From the IMG/VR virus record IMGVR_UViG_3300044252_000079, positions 1 through 47,580 of that record: a stretch of DNA of 47,580 nucleotides; one strand, 5' to 3'. The position numbers and the translations under genes were made by a program. Shown here piece after piece: positions 36,987 through 46,423 of this stretch. Below the pieces are notes generated by a model. That model saw nothing but the letters and a program-made list of their open reading frames with translations. It made no database searches and had not been told where the DNA came from. Positions within the stretch are counted from its first letter, which is position 1. Each line of letters begins with the position of its first letter. Source of the stretch: a virus. Taxonomy: Duplodnaviria > Caudoviricetes.

Positions 36987-37601
36987 ATGACCGACCCGAT
37001 CATGCACCGCCTCCGTCCGAAGCTTCGCCGCCGCAACCGGGAAGCGCACGACGAGCGCACCAGCACCCGCAAGGTCCGCAGGGCGCGCAAGGCCGTCGCC
37101 TACCTCGAGCATCGAATCGCGAAGGTCCAGGCTCGGCGCCACGGCCTCGATCACGAGGCGGTCCTCGACGGTACGCCGATGCCGCTCGGGCAGAAGCTCG
37201 CGCTGCTCGACGCGCGACGGAATAGCTGGGACGGCGTCGCCACCTCGGGCGACCGGCGCGACAAGCCGCCGTGGGTCGAACGCCTTCTGCACCGCCTCGG
37301 CAAGTCGACTCAGAAGGAACTCTACGACGGCTTCATCCGCGGCCTTCCGGGCTTCCTGCCGGCGAACCCGCCGACTCAGGGGACCCATATGCGGATCGGC
37401 GACGGCGTCGTCGGCGCGGTCGGCGAGCCGCTCGAGTGGTGGCAGGAGGGCATCGACTCCAGCTACGCGACCCAGCTGCGCGAAGTCCTCAGCCGCCTCG
37501 GGTATCGCGTATACAGGCCGTATTCGAGCGCGAGCGAGGAGCACCACACGAACTTCAGCGCCAGCCCGCACAACCGCCTGATCGAGCGGGGGCTCGTGTG
37601 A
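36987..37601 (+). CDS. Putative M15-like Zn peptidase endolysin
   Basis: SGDR, Q..LY, ANPP..GTH, GID, EEHH. Confidence 0.65.
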   Translation: MTDPIMHRLRPKLRRRNREAHDERTSTRKVRRARKAVAYLEHRIAKVQARRHGLDHEAVLDGTPMPLGQKLALLDARRNSWDGVATSGDRRDKPPWVERLLHRLGKSTQKELYDGFIRGLPGFLPANPPTQGTHMRIGDGVVGAVGEPLEWWQEGIDSSYATQLREVLSRLGYRVYRPYSSASEEHHTNFSASPHNRLIERGLV

Positions 37602-38125
37602 AGCGCTGGTCCCTGCTTTGGGCGGCGCGCTTCGTCGCGAAATGGGAGGGGTTTCTCCCGACCGCCTACCTCGACACCCTCGCGAGCCCCGACGTCTGGA
37701 CTCAGGGCTACGGCCACACGCACTACGCCGGCGAGCCGATCCCGCATTCGGGGACGACTTGGAGCCGGCGCTACGCGCTGAAGGTGCTGGCGCACGACCT
37801 CAGCTCCGCCGCCCGCGTCGTCGCCGAGAGGACGAAGGGGATCAAGCTGAGCATCCGCCAGCGGATCGCGCTGATCTCCGGCGTGTTCAACTGCGGCAGC
37901 GGCATCCTCGACGACCCGGACATCATGGTCCCGATGCGGCGCGGCGATTGGAAGCGCGTCGGTCGCGAGTGGGAAGACTGGTCGCACGCCGGGGGCGTCG
38001 TCGTCGAGGGGCTCCTCAATCGGCGCCGGTCGGAGAAGTGGCTGATGCTGCACAACGGCCGCGAGCGCCGCAAGGTGCCGGTCGTGGAGACGCACAGGCG
38101 CGGTGAGAAGGGGAAGAGCCGATGA
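37598..38125 (+). CDS. GH24 lysozyme endolysin
   Basis: EG....AY.D......WT.GYGHT, FNCG.G, GL.NRR..E. Confidence 0.88.
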   Translation: MKRWSLLWAARFVAKWEGFLPTAYLDTLASPDVWTQGYGHTHYAGEPIPHSGTTWSRRYALKVLAHDLSSAARVVAERTKGIKLSIRQRIALISGVFNCGSGILDDPDIMVPMRRGDWKRVGREWEDWSHAGGVVVEGLLNRRRSEKWLMLHNGRERRKVPVVETHRRGEKGKSR

Positions 38126-38364
38126 CGAAGCTCGCGAAGTTCGCCGGCGATCTGGCCAAACGCCTCGCCGCCGCTGCGATCGCCCTATACCGACGCTACC
38201 CGGCGCGCGCCAACAGCTACATTCTCGCCGGGGTGATTGCGGTGGCGGGCGCCTCCGGCATCGTCATCGACCAGACCAGCGTTAGCATGATCATCGATGT
38301 CGTGCTACCGATCCTGCTTCTCGGCGAGGGCACCCACCACTTCGTCTCACCCGCGAAGCGCTAG
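38122..38364 (+). CDS. Putative holin
   Basis: 80 aa, two TM segments, VSP C-terminus, follows the endolysins. Confidence 0.65.
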   Translation: MTKLAKFAGDLAKRLAAAAIALYRRYPARANSYILAGVIAVAGASGIVIDQTSVSMIIDVVLPILLLGEGTHHFVSPAKR

Positions 38365-39050
38365 ACCACCAGCTCGCTGACGACAACCGTCTGCTTGATG
38401 CCGGCCTCCGCCGGCCCCACGGTGCAGCTATCGCCCATGCCGGTGTTCGGCAGAACCTTCCGGGCCCAGATCTCTACTTGGTGGGGACCCGCCGCAAGAC
38501 CTGGGAAAAGCGCCGACGCTGAGGCACTGGTTAGGCCCTTTCCGAAGATTTCTCCGCCGCCACCTGCCGGTGGCTGGCCATCGACGCGCAGCTGAAAGAC
38601 ACAGCCTGAAGCTTCGCCGCCATTGTGGCCCTCGACAGACCCCGTCCAGTCAACCTCGAGCACGGAGGTCGGGTCGTCCTTCGAGTAGGACCCGACGATA
38701 TCGAGCAAGGCAAAGTCCACCGTCGGGACGAAGGTCGCGACGTCACTCTCTTTCAGCTGCGCGGGATCCGGCATCGTCACGTCCTGTGGTTCGACCTCGC
38801 CATTGCCGATGTCGGTGGAGTCGATGGCGCCATCTTCCACGTCGGTCGACTGCACTGCTGCCGGACCGATGTCGCTGCTTTTCACGGCCGACTTATGTAT
38901 GTCCTGGGTCAGGATTGAGCCGTTGCGGATCTGCTTCGAGCCGACGAGGACGCCGACGGCGTTGGCCCCGACGGCCCCGGTGCCGAGCAGCGAGACAATC
39001 AAGGCCAGCAGAGCGAGCGAGCCTGCATTGTTGTTCAGGCGTTGCCTCAT
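38361..39050 (-). CDS. Secreted/surface moron protein
   Basis: Signal-peptide-like N-terminus; I.NG.I.S.DI repeats. Confidence 0.65.
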   Translation of the reverse strand: MRQRLNNNAGSLALLALIVSLLGTGAVGANAVGVLVGSKQIRNGSILTQDIHKSAVKSSDIGPAAVQSTDVEDGAIDSTDIGNGEVEPQDVTMPDPAQLKESDVATFVPTVDFALLDIVGSYSKDDPTSVLEVDWTGSVEGHNGGEASGCVFQLRVDGQPPAGGGGEIFGKGLTSASASALFPGLAAGPHQVEIWARKVLPNTGMGDSCTVGPAEAGIKQTVVVSELVV

Positions 39051-39454
39051 ATCTTCTCCTTTTGATTGGTTGACGGAGGGGGAGGCATGTCGGTCATGTG
39101 CATCGCGACGCCGTCTCGCGCCAACCTCTCGAAGAGGCTTTGGACCTTCGTCGGGCCCATGCCGTTGACCGACGCGATAATCCAGTCCCGCTCCCTATTG
39201 AGGGAGATCGCGACAACGTCGGTGTTTCGAGCGAACACGAGGAGAAGGAGACCGATTGGGAGCGTCAGGATGCCTAAGACGAGCGCCCAGCCTGGTAGGT
39301 AGCGACGCTCGAACGTCGTCGTGCTTTCGGATGCGCCGGCGATGTCGAAGTTCGCTGCAGCGAGGACCGGCGCGAGCTCGTGGCGGATCCACGTGTGCGC
39401 CTGCGTGTGGTCCTGTCCGAGGTTGAGCCGGCTGTTGATGGGCTTTGCCGCCAT
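39047..39454 (-). CDS. Membrane moron protein
   Basis: Leaderless TATGCT-N8-ATG; central hydrophobic hairpin. Confidence 0.6.
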   Translation of the reverse strand: MAAKPINSRLNLGQDHTQAHTWIRHELAPVLAAANFDIAGASESTTTFERRYLPGWALVLGILTLPIGLLLLVFARNTDVVAISLNRERDWIIASVNGMGPTKVQSLFERLARDGVAMHMTDMPPPPSTNQKEKI

Positions 39455-39744
39455 TTCCGCCGAGCATAAGCGCCGCAGTCGGACCGAATGGCTTGGGCGG
39501 AGCGAGCAAGCCCCCTGCCGCCCAAGCGTTTCACCTAGGCGCCTTTGGTGATGGCGCTCATCGGCACGGCGCGGATCACGCTGTCGGTCTGCATCGCTCA
39601 CCCCCTCTCCTCGTTGGTCAGAAAGCAGACCGAGCATTACTGGAGAGAGTTCCTGCGGTGGAGGTAACCCCGCCAAAGCCGCTCGAAATTGGTCGAGTGG
39701 GTGACTACGATCTTCGTAATCGACAGCAGCTAGGGGAGGAAGTC

Positions 39745-40332
39745 ATGTCACGACGGGCAGAGCGGCAGGAGGCCGCCTCGAATCGGATCAAGGCGATGTC
39801 GCATCCGGTTCGAGCGGCCGCACTCCGCTATCTAAATACGCACGGGGAAGGGAGCCCCAGCGAGATCGCCGACGAGACCGGTGAGGATGATGTCTCCAAC
39901 GTCAGCTACCACATGAAACGTCTGGTCGAGCTCGACTGTGCCGAGCTAGTTCGTACGGAACAGGTCCGTGGCGCGGTCAAGCATTTCTACCGACCGGTTC
40001 GCGGCCATCTCGTTGAAAGCGGGGAGTGGGACGAACTCCCCGACGAAATGAAGAGGAGCAACCTGCTCGAGTCCGGCGAACCGATTTTTGACGACTTTCG
40101 CACCGCACTGGAGGCCGGTACGTTGGGGGTCGACGAGCACTTTGCCGTCATCCACTTCCCGATGAAGGGCATAGACCGCGAGGGTCGCGTGGAATTAACG
40201 GAGATCTGCGAACAGGCCTATCGAGAGGCTGAGCAGGTGCCAGAGCGCTGCGTTGCTCGACGGGCTGAGTCGGGCGAGGAGCCGATCAGGGTCTCTTTCA
40301 GCGTCTTGGCCTTCGAGGTCCCCCACTTCTAA
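39745..40332 (+). CDS. ArsR-like winged-helix regulator
   Basis: KAMSHPVR..L, SPSEIA, VSYHMKRL, RGAV.HFY; RBS GGGGGAGG. Confidence 0.8.
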   Translation: MSRRAERQEAASNRIKAMSHPVRAAALRYLNTHGEGSPSEIADETGEDDVSNVSYHMKRLVELDCAELVRTEQVRGAVKHFYRPVRGHLVESGEWDELPDEMKRSNLLESGEPIFDDFRTALEAGTLGVDEHFAVIHFPMKGIDREGRVELTEICEQAYREAEQVPERCVARRAESGEEPIRVSFSVLAFEVPHF

Positions 40333-40460
40333 TGCTGGAGAGAACTCCAATGACGGAAGCTTGACAGCCAATCTCTCCTTCCAGAAGACTGCCCGCAATA
40401 TTTTTATTGCTGTAGGTGGCTCGTCTGGTGTCCATCCTTCGGCAACAGGGGATGGGGAAG

Positions 40461-40706
40461 ATGCCGCAAGACGAAGCAGAGTGTGCCGAAGAAACCGTGG
40501 GGGGATCCGCCGGTCAGATCTCACGAAGTTTTGACGCTGTAGCTGCGGCTATGCAGCGCGAGGCGACCGCGCTTTCTTCCTCCGCGCCGGCGATCTCGGC
40601 CGACCTTTCTCGCTGGGCGTCGCGCTTCGAAGCAGTCGCGCAAGCTCACCGTCCGGCGGGCCAGGAACCGCCTCCCCGACAGCCGTTGCGAGTGATTCGA
40701 GGTTAG
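40461..40706 (+). CDS. Hypothetical protein antisense-overlapping the repressor 3' end
   Basis: RBS-like sequence upstream; LRVIRG C-terminus. Confidence 0.35.
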   Translation: MPQDEAECAEETVGGSAGQISRSFDAVAAAMQREATALSSSAPAISADLSRWASRFEAVAQAHRPAGQEPPPRQPLRVIRG

Positions 40707-40995
40707 CGGCCGCCTCGTCAAGACCGACGTTGGCTGGGTTGAACAATTCGCGGGCCATCGTCAATCGGTACTCGACAAAGACCTCTGGATCTAGATTCAG
40801 AGCACCGGCGATCCCAGCCAGTACATCTGCCGCGAGAGGTCGCTTCCCGTTCTTCATCGCGCTGATCCAGCTGCCCGTGAGGGTTGATGGCGCGCCGAAC
40901 TCTCGAGCGCGATACGCCAGGTCGTCCTGGCTGATCCCGATCTCTCGGCGCCGCCGATCGACCAGCTCGAACCAAGGAGTGATGCGTCCTGTCAC
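40549..40995 (-). CDS. Immunity repressor (XRE HTH)
   Basis: RRREIGISQDDLA...WISAMKNGKRP; divergent from the cro-like gene; start uncertain. Confidence 0.75.
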   Translation of the reverse strand: MTGRITPWFELVDRRRREIGISQDDLAYRAREFGAPSTLTGSWISAMKNGKRPLAADVLAGIAGALNLDPEVFVEYRLTMARELFNPANVGLDEAAANLESLATAVGEAVPGPPDGELARLLRSATPSEKGRPRSPARRKKARSPRAA

Positions 40996-41015
40996 AGCAT
41001 CGATGTATCGCGGAG

Positions 41016-41076
41016 ACGGAACGACTTGACAAACGTCCATCGGTTCCGTTACGTTTGTTCGGAACAAAACGTTCCG
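41016..41076. promoter_or_regulatory. Lysis/lysogeny switch: early promoter and operators
   Basis: TTGACA (41026)-N18-TACGTT; palindrome CGGAAC-N5-GTTCCG (41060-41076); ACGGAAC/GTTCCGT inverted pair (41016/41043). Confidence 0.7.
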
Positions 41077-41081
41077 CACAG

Positions 41082-41291
41082 ATGACGACCAAGACCTACA
41101 TCACGCGTCTCGCCGAGATTCTCGACAAAGAGGGCCGGTCGCAGGCATGGCTTGCCCGTCAGATCGGGACTACCCGCTCGCGCGTCAACGAGTACTGCCG
41201 GGGGCTTCACGTCCCTGACGATAAGCGCGAAGCCATCGCCGAGGCCCTTGAGCGGAATGTCACCGATGTCTTCCCCGAGGGGGTTTCCTGA
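41082..41291 (+). CDS. Cro-like HTH protein
   Basis: GRSQAWLARQIGTTRSRVNEYCRG. Confidence 0.8.
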   Translation: MTTKTYITRLAEILDKEGRSQAWLARQIGTTRSRVNEYCRGLHVPDDKREAIAEALERNVTDVFPEGVS

Positions 41292-41899
41292 TGCGTCCAC
41301 TGCTGCGCTCCGGCGCCTCTCCGATCTCGTCCGCGGCCATCGACCGCGGCTTCCTGGCTCCGAGCATGGACGCTCGTGCCCACAACCTCGACCAATACAA
41401 TCCGTCTCCCGGGGTTGATTCACAGCTCGAGCGCATTCGAGCCCTCGCGCTCAGGCTTCCTCCCAGCCCCGAGTGCGAGGCGCTCATGGCCGAGGTCGAC
41501 GAGGCGATCGCCTCGAACCTGCGCGAGGCAGAGGCCGAGCTCGGCCTCTGCGGCACTGCCGACCAGCTCGTATCCGATCTTCGTCACCTCGAGCGCAACC
41601 GACTAGCCGATGTCCTTGGCGCAAAGGCGATCGCCCGTCATCTACGTCCCGCGCTCGAGTGCTCTCTTTGCCCCCAAGGCCGGTCCGCTGGCGAGCTGAC
41701 CACGGCGCGCGACTTACTGCGCGGCGTGGTCGCTGAGGTGCCCCGCTTGATGCTTCTAAGCGCAGCGGTCGAACGCGAACTCGGCAAGCGGAAGTTCGCG
41801 GTCCTCCGCGACCAAGTCGAAAACAAAGGTGGCGCCTCGCGGCTGCAATCCGCGGGCGCCACGGAAGAGCAAGGCACTGCTCCTCATGTCGAACTCTAA
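41291..41899 (+). CDS. Hypothetical early protein
   Basis: TGATG-coupled ORF. Confidence 0.5.
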   Translation: MRPLLRSGASPISSAAIDRGFLAPSMDARAHNLDQYNPSPGVDSQLERIRALALRLPPSPECEALMAEVDEAIASNLREAEAELGLCGTADQLVSDLRHLERNRLADVLGAKAIARHLRPALECSLCPQGRSAGELTTARDLLRGVVAEVPRLMLLSAAVERELGKRKFAVLRDQVENKGGASRLQSAGATEEQGTAPHVEL

Positions 41900-42314
41900 T
41901 CGCCCCGAGGAAAGCCTGAAGCCGCAGGCGCAGGCCGTCTTGCAGATGCTTCGCGCCGCCGGCGGGCGCGGCGTTAGCAACGGCGACTTCATCCGCTCCT
42001 ATATCGAGCGATTTGGCGGCCGCATCTGCGAGATGCGAAAGCTCGGGTGGGAAATCGAAACCGTACGCGAGGGGCAAGGTCGCTCGCGCTACTTCCTGAA
42101 GGGCGAGCCCTCCGGGCTCGACCCTGCTCGCCCGACCCCTGCTCAGAGCCACCTGGCCCAGCCACATGGTGAGCAGGGGGGCTCCCGCAACCAATCCGTC
42201 GCCGCCGAGGTGGGAGAGGCTGTAGTGCCCCTCGGCGGCGACGGCGCCCTTTTCGACGCTGACGCGTTCACGCCTCGATGCACCTATGCCGACCCCGAGG
42301 AGATCGCGGCATGA
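41886..42314 (+). CDS. Winged-helix DNA-binding protein
   Basis: RFGGRICEMRKLGWEIET motif. Confidence 0.65.
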   Translation: MSNSNRPEESLKPQAQAVLQMLRAAGGRGVSNGDFIRSYIERFGGRICEMRKLGWEIETVREGQGRSRYFLKGEPSGLDPARPTPAQSHLAQPHGEQGGSRNQSVAAEVGEAVVPLGGDGALFDADAFTPRCTYADPEEIAA

Positions 42315-42487
42315 CTCTGCTCGTGCTGATCGGAATCGGCGGTGGTGCATTCGTCGTCACCCGCTCGCTGATCGGCTGGCGCGAGTGGTTGCGCGTGCCT
42401 GCGCCGCCCTCTACCCATATCGCCGGCGAGGACGACCAGGACATCGACTTCGACGCCGCCATTCAGTCCATCGGGGGTCATCGATGA
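42311..42487 (+). CDS. Small membrane protein
   Basis: ATGA overlap; hydrophobic N-terminus. Confidence 0.45.
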   Translation: MTLLVLIGIGGGAFVVTRSLIGWREWLRVPAPPSTHIAGEDDQDIDFDAAIQSIGGHR

Positions 42488-42711
42488 GCCAGGTGATCCA
42501 CGTGCGCGAAGCACTCGATCTCTGCGCTAGGGCGATGGAGGACCAGGCAACGGACGATGTGACCAGCGCCTACGTCAACACGATCTACGGCGTCGCTGGG
42601 CAACTCGCAGCTGTCTACGAGATCACTAGCGCCCAGATCCAGGCCGATCCTCGGATGTCCGTGCCTGACTGGCTGGTCGAGCGCTACGCCGTCGCGGAGC
42701 TGAAGAGATGA
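42484..42711 (+). CDS. Hypothetical protein
   Basis: ATGA-coupled chain. Confidence 0.5.
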   Translation: MSQVIHVREALDLCARAMEDQATDDVTSAYVNTIYGVAGQLAAVYEITSAQIQADPRMSVPDWLVERYAVAELKR

Positions 42712-42923
42712 GGCGGGACCTCCTCAAAGAGCGGAACGTCGTGCGGATCAAGCTGCCGACCTGTCGCCAGGAGTTCGACGCGACGGTCACCGGCTTCGAG
42801 CCCGGCGGCTGGGTACGGATTCTCCCGGTCGAGAGCTGGCCGAGTTGGCGGCGGATCCGACTCACCGACATAACCGAGCGGATCGATCCCCCGATGCGGC
42901 GGCGGAAGGGGGCCGTCGCATGA
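42708..42923 (+). CDS. Hypothetical SH3-like protein
   Basis: ATGA-coupled chain. Confidence 0.5.
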   Translation: MRRDLLKERNVVRIKLPTCRQEFDATVTGFEPGGWVRILPVESWPSWRRIRLTDITERIDPPMRRRKGAVA

Positions 42924-43906
42924 AGCCGCTCACCGTCCTCGAAGGACTTCCTGATCTTCGCCCGCCGGAGGCCGTCAACCTCGCCGACCAAAGCGACGAG
43001 AACCTCGGCCGCGCCCATCTTTCGCACTCCTCGCTTAATGCCCAGCTGGCTTGCCAGCAGAAGTTCGGCTACGAGTACGTGGACAAGATCGCGCCGATCT
43101 CCAAGGGTGCCCCGCAGCGGATGGGTGCTGCGTTCGCCAAAGCGCTCGAGTTGGGTGACCCGGAGGTGGGCATCAGCGAGGTCGTCGGGAAAGCAAACGT
43201 CCTGACGCAGGCCGACGAGGACCGCACGCGTGTCGAGGCGATCACCGTCGGCGCCGCAGCGAAGGCCTACTTGGCCGAGTACGGCCAGACCAACCCCGAC
43301 GAGCGCGAGTTCGCCTACCGGGTGCGGCTACGCAACCCAGCGACCGGCTCCTACTCGCGCACCTTCGACCTCCTCGGCTACGCAGACCAGCTTGAGGATG
43401 CCGGCGACTACTGGATTCTGATCGAGGACAAGTTAGTCGGCGCGATCCAGTCGGTTGCCGTTCGGCGTCTGCCACTGGATCGCCAACTCGCGCTCACCTG
43501 CTACGGCGTGTGGCGAGCGACCGGGAAACCGGTCGGTGAGGTCAGGTACCGCTTCACCCGGAAGCCGTCGATCAAGCAGAAACAGAGCGAGTCGATCGAC
43601 GAGTTCCTCGACCGCCTCCAGGCCGACTACGTGGCGCGACCTGACTTCTACCTCCTCCAGGAGGTCCTGCCGCGCTCCAACGACGACCTCGCGCGGACCG
43701 AGGCGGAGCTGTGGCAGTGGGCCGCTCAGCGCCGGGAAGCCGACCGCCAACACATCTACCCCCGCAATTCCTCCCACTGCCACGATTACGGCGGCTGTGC
43801 GTTCCTCCCGCTGTGCGTCGGCGACCCCGACGCGCCCTCGCTCTACGGGCCGAAGCCCGAGAGCGACCGAGCTTTGAACAACAACAACCAGGAGGTACCA
43901 GCATGA
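42920..43906 (+). CDS. PD-(D/E)XK RecB/Cas4-like exonuclease
   Basis: LSHSSL...C, G.AD...IEDK, QLAL.Y, C...GGC.F..LC. Confidence 0.82.
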   Translation: MKPLTVLEGLPDLRPPEAVNLADQSDENLGRAHLSHSSLNAQLACQQKFGYEYVDKIAPISKGAPQRMGAAFAKALELGDPEVGISEVVGKANVLTQADEDRTRVEAITVGAAAKAYLAEYGQTNPDEREFAYRVRLRNPATGSYSRTFDLLGYADQLEDAGDYWILIEDKLVGAIQSVAVRRLPLDRQLALTCYGVWRATGKPVGEVRYRFTRKPSIKQKQSESIDEFLDRLQADYVARPDFYLLQEVLPRSNDDLARTEAELWQWAAQRREADRQHIYPRNSSHCHDYGGCAFLPLCVGDPDAPSLYGPKPESDRALNNNNQEVPA

Positions 43907-44691
43907 CTCTCCCCACGGAGAAGTCGAAGGCTGGTCTTCGCCTCGAGACGGCCAAAGCGCTGCTCTACGGGCCCCCGAAGATCGGCAAGTCGACGTTCGC
44001 CTCGGAGATCGACCCCGACCACACCTTGTTCTTGGCCTGCGAGCCGGGGCTTGGCGCGCTCGAGGTCTTCTCCGTCGACGTCCGAGATTGGACGCGGTTC
44101 CGCGAGGTAGGCGCCGACCTCGCCAAGGACCCGCAGCACTACAAGATCGTCGTCGTTGACACGGTCGACGAGCTGTACCGGATGTGCTCTGACCACATCT
44201 GCAAGGAGATGGGCATCCAGCACCCGGCCGACGCGGACTACGGCAAGGGCTGGGCGGCGGTCGCCGACGAGTTTCGCCTCCGGGTCGGGAAACTCGCGAA
44301 CCTCGGTCTCGGCGTCTGGTTCATCTCCCATGCCAAGGACCGCGAGGTCAAGAAGAAGGTCGGCTCCAAGACGGTCACCTCGCCGACGGTGTCGGGGCAG
44401 GGTCGGGAGTTCATCACCGGCTTCTGCGACTTCATCTTCCTGGCGACCTGGGAGGGCGATGAGGAGTCCAGCAAACGGGTGCTCCGCACCCAAGGCGCCG
44501 AGGAGCACGAGGCCGGCGGCCGGATGCCCCGCAACGCCCAGCCGCTGACCGACCCGCTCCCGCTCGATGCCGGAGCCCTCCGCAAGGACATGACTCGCGC
44601 GCTCGCGCCGCCGAAAGCCGAGAAGAAACAGGCGGCCAAATCTGCCTCGACGAGGGGGAGCAGCCGCAAGGCTGAGCCCGTGCCCGCTTGA
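43903..44691 (+). CDS. AAA_24/Sak4-like ATPase (recombination)
   Basis: LLYGPPKIGKST, VVVDTVD, YGKGW, ISH. Confidence 0.85.
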   Translation: MTLPTEKSKAGLRLETAKALLYGPPKIGKSTFASEIDPDHTLFLACEPGLGALEVFSVDVRDWTRFREVGADLAKDPQHYKIVVVDTVDELYRMCSDHICKEMGIQHPADADYGKGWAAVADEFRLRVGKLANLGLGVWFISHAKDREVKKKVGSKTVTSPTVSGQGREFITGFCDFIFLATWEGDEESSKRVLRTQGAEEHEAGGRMPRNAQPLTDPLPLDAGALRKDMTRALAPPKAEKKQAAKSASTRGSSRKAEPVPA

Positions 44692-45158
44692 GCACCTACG
44701 CAGACAGGCTCCGCGAGATGGACGACCAGTTCGAGGCCGTCGAGGCGAGGACGGGCGGTGCAGTGGTCCCGGACGGCGACTACGAGGGGCTGATCCAGCG
44801 CTTCGACTTCTGGGAAAGGGACGGTGGCGGTCCCCTCAAGCTCATCACGGAGATCAGCGTCGATGCCGGCGAGTACGCCGGGATGTCGGCGCCATCGGTC
44901 TGGCATGAGCTCGAGGACCCCGACCGGATTGGCTGGACGAAGGGCTACCTCGAGATGCTCGGTCTGAAGGGCGTCAAGCTCTCCGACTTGGAGGCAGCCC
45001 TGGAGTCTCTGGCGGGTGCAACCCGCGTCGAGATCCGGGTCACGTCGACCCTGAAGAACGGAAAGACGTACCGCAATACGTACGTCAACGAAGTGCTGGC
45101 GGCGGGCCAACCCGCTGCTGCCGTGGCGCCCCCGGCAGAGGACGACATTCCGTTCTAG
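44688..45158 (+). CDS. Putative ssDNA-binding protein (DUF669-like)
   Basis: VPDGDY motif; acidic EDDIPF tail; follows the Sak4-like gene. Confidence 0.75.
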   Translation: MSTYADRLREMDDQFEAVEARTGGAVVPDGDYEGLIQRFDFWERDGGGPLKLITEISVDAGEYAGMSAPSVWHELEDPDRIGWTKGYLEMLGLKGVKLSDLEAALESLAGATRVEIRVTSTLKNGKTYRNTYVNEVLAAGQPAAAVAPPAEDDIPF

Positions 45159-45160
45159 CC

Positions 45161-45604
45161 ATGCCGCCGCGTCCCCGTCCCTACGACAAATTCATGGTCG
45201 CCTACAAGATCGGCGCCGACCTACAGCTGCGCTCCATCCCGGAGTCGCAGCGGTGGGTCTGGGTGGCGGGCGTTCTCGCGCTCGCCGCCCAGTCGCCGAT
45301 CCGCGGCCACCTTCTCGACGCGAAGGCGATGCCGGTCACCGACGAGGCGATCAAGGCCGAGGCGTCCGCCAAACCGCGCGTCGCCCGCGAAGCCCTCGCG
45401 GCCTTCCGAGACCTCGATCTGATCCAGGTCGACGCCGAGCTCGGCTGCGAGTACGTACCGAACTTCAAGCTCTACAACCCTGACCCGGGGGCGAGCAGGG
45501 TCGAGGGAGAGCGTCTTCGAAAGCGTGAGCAGCGGGCGCGAAAGAGGATCGCCGATCGACGCGGACAGGACGCTCGCCGAGTTGTGCAGGAGGCCTTGGC
45601 CTAA
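45161..45604 (+). CDS. Replication initiator N-terminal-like protein
   Basis: W...LALA...G.L, winged helix, V.NF..YN, ER.RK..QR. Confidence 0.6.
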   Translation: MPPRPRPYDKFMVAYKIGADLQLRSIPESQRWVWVAGVLALAAQSPIRGHLLDAKAMPVTDEAIKAEASAKPRVAREALAAFRDLDLIQVDAELGCEYVPNFKLYNPDPGASRVEGERLRKREQRARKRIADRRGQDARRVVQEALA

Positions 45605-45758
45605 TGGTTTCCACGGCAAACGTGTCCCGTTTCGGCGTTTATTACTTCTTGAAGGGAAGGGAAGGTGAAGGGAATGTTTGTTCTCCAGCCGTTGCCCTAA
45701 AGAACACCCTTGGATATCGACGTCCACAGTGTTCGCTTCTTGGAAGGGGGGTGTGCGC

Positions 45759-46202
45759 GTGAGCCGGCCCAGCCGACAGAGATTTGTTGATCGGGTGGAG
45801 AAGAAGGTGTTCGATCTTCGGGCCTGTGCGTTCTCCGAGCGGCATGTGAGGCTCGGAGTGTTGGCGGCGATGGAGCAGGGTCTACCTCTGCGGGACTCGG
45901 TCGTGCTGCGAGAGGCCGAGCGGGCTGCAAATCGCGAGACGCCAGAGGCCCGGGGGGCATGGGAGCAAACGGCCTCGGCGATCGCAGCCGTCGTCCCCGA
46001 GTCGACGTCACGCATCTGGATCGAGCCGATCGAGTGCATCGGCGAGGAGGCTCACCTGCTGTTGTTGGCGGCGCCGATCGGGATCCGCACGTGGATCGAG
46101 CGCCGCTACATGGCGCTCATCGACGAAGCGGTTCGCAGCACGTCCGACTTCGCCGGCGCCCGCTTCGCGACCATCTCTCTGCCGGAACGGATCCCGGCGT
46201 AG
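45759..46202 (+). CDS. DnaA N-terminal (domain I)-like protein
   Basis: W......V......IWIEP......LLLAAP...RTWIERRY...I; RBS before GTG 45759. Confidence 0.65.
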   Translation: MSRPSRQRFVDRVEKKVFDLRACAFSERHVRLGVLAAMEQGLPLRDSVVLREAERAANRETPEARGAWEQTASAIAAVVPESTSRIWIEPIECIGEEAHLLLLAAPIGIRTWIERRYMALIDEAVRSTSDFAGARFATISLPERIPA

Positions 46203-46423
46203 TGGCTGAGCGACCCCCGCAAGAGCAGGCTGCTTGGCCACCCGTGACCCACGGCCAACGGCTGACGGATATCGAGAGTCGCCTCGAAGGCATCGAGTAC
46301 CTCCTCGCCGACCTTCGCCAGCAGCTGCGGATGCAGCCCCTCACGGCGCCGGACGCCGCTCGGCTCGTTGAGGAGGAGCGCCACCGATCTTCCTGTCACC
46401 CACAACCCGAAAGGAGCAGTTGA
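46202..46423 (+). CDS. Hypothetical protein
   Basis: Coupled ORF with a short coiled coil. Confidence 0.4.
   Translation: MAERPPQEQAAWPPVTHGQRLTDIESRLEGIEYLLADLRQQLRMQPLTAPDAARLVEEERHRSSCHPQPERSS

Noticed and set aside
41060-41076. LexA/SOS box
   Set aside because: CGGAAC-N5-GTTCCG differs from the actinobacterial TCGAAC-N4-GTTCGA in half-site and spacing; more likely a phage repressor operator
42920-43906. Cas4 of a CRISPR-Cas system
   Set aside because: Context is the standard phage exonuclease-Sak4-SSB recombination module
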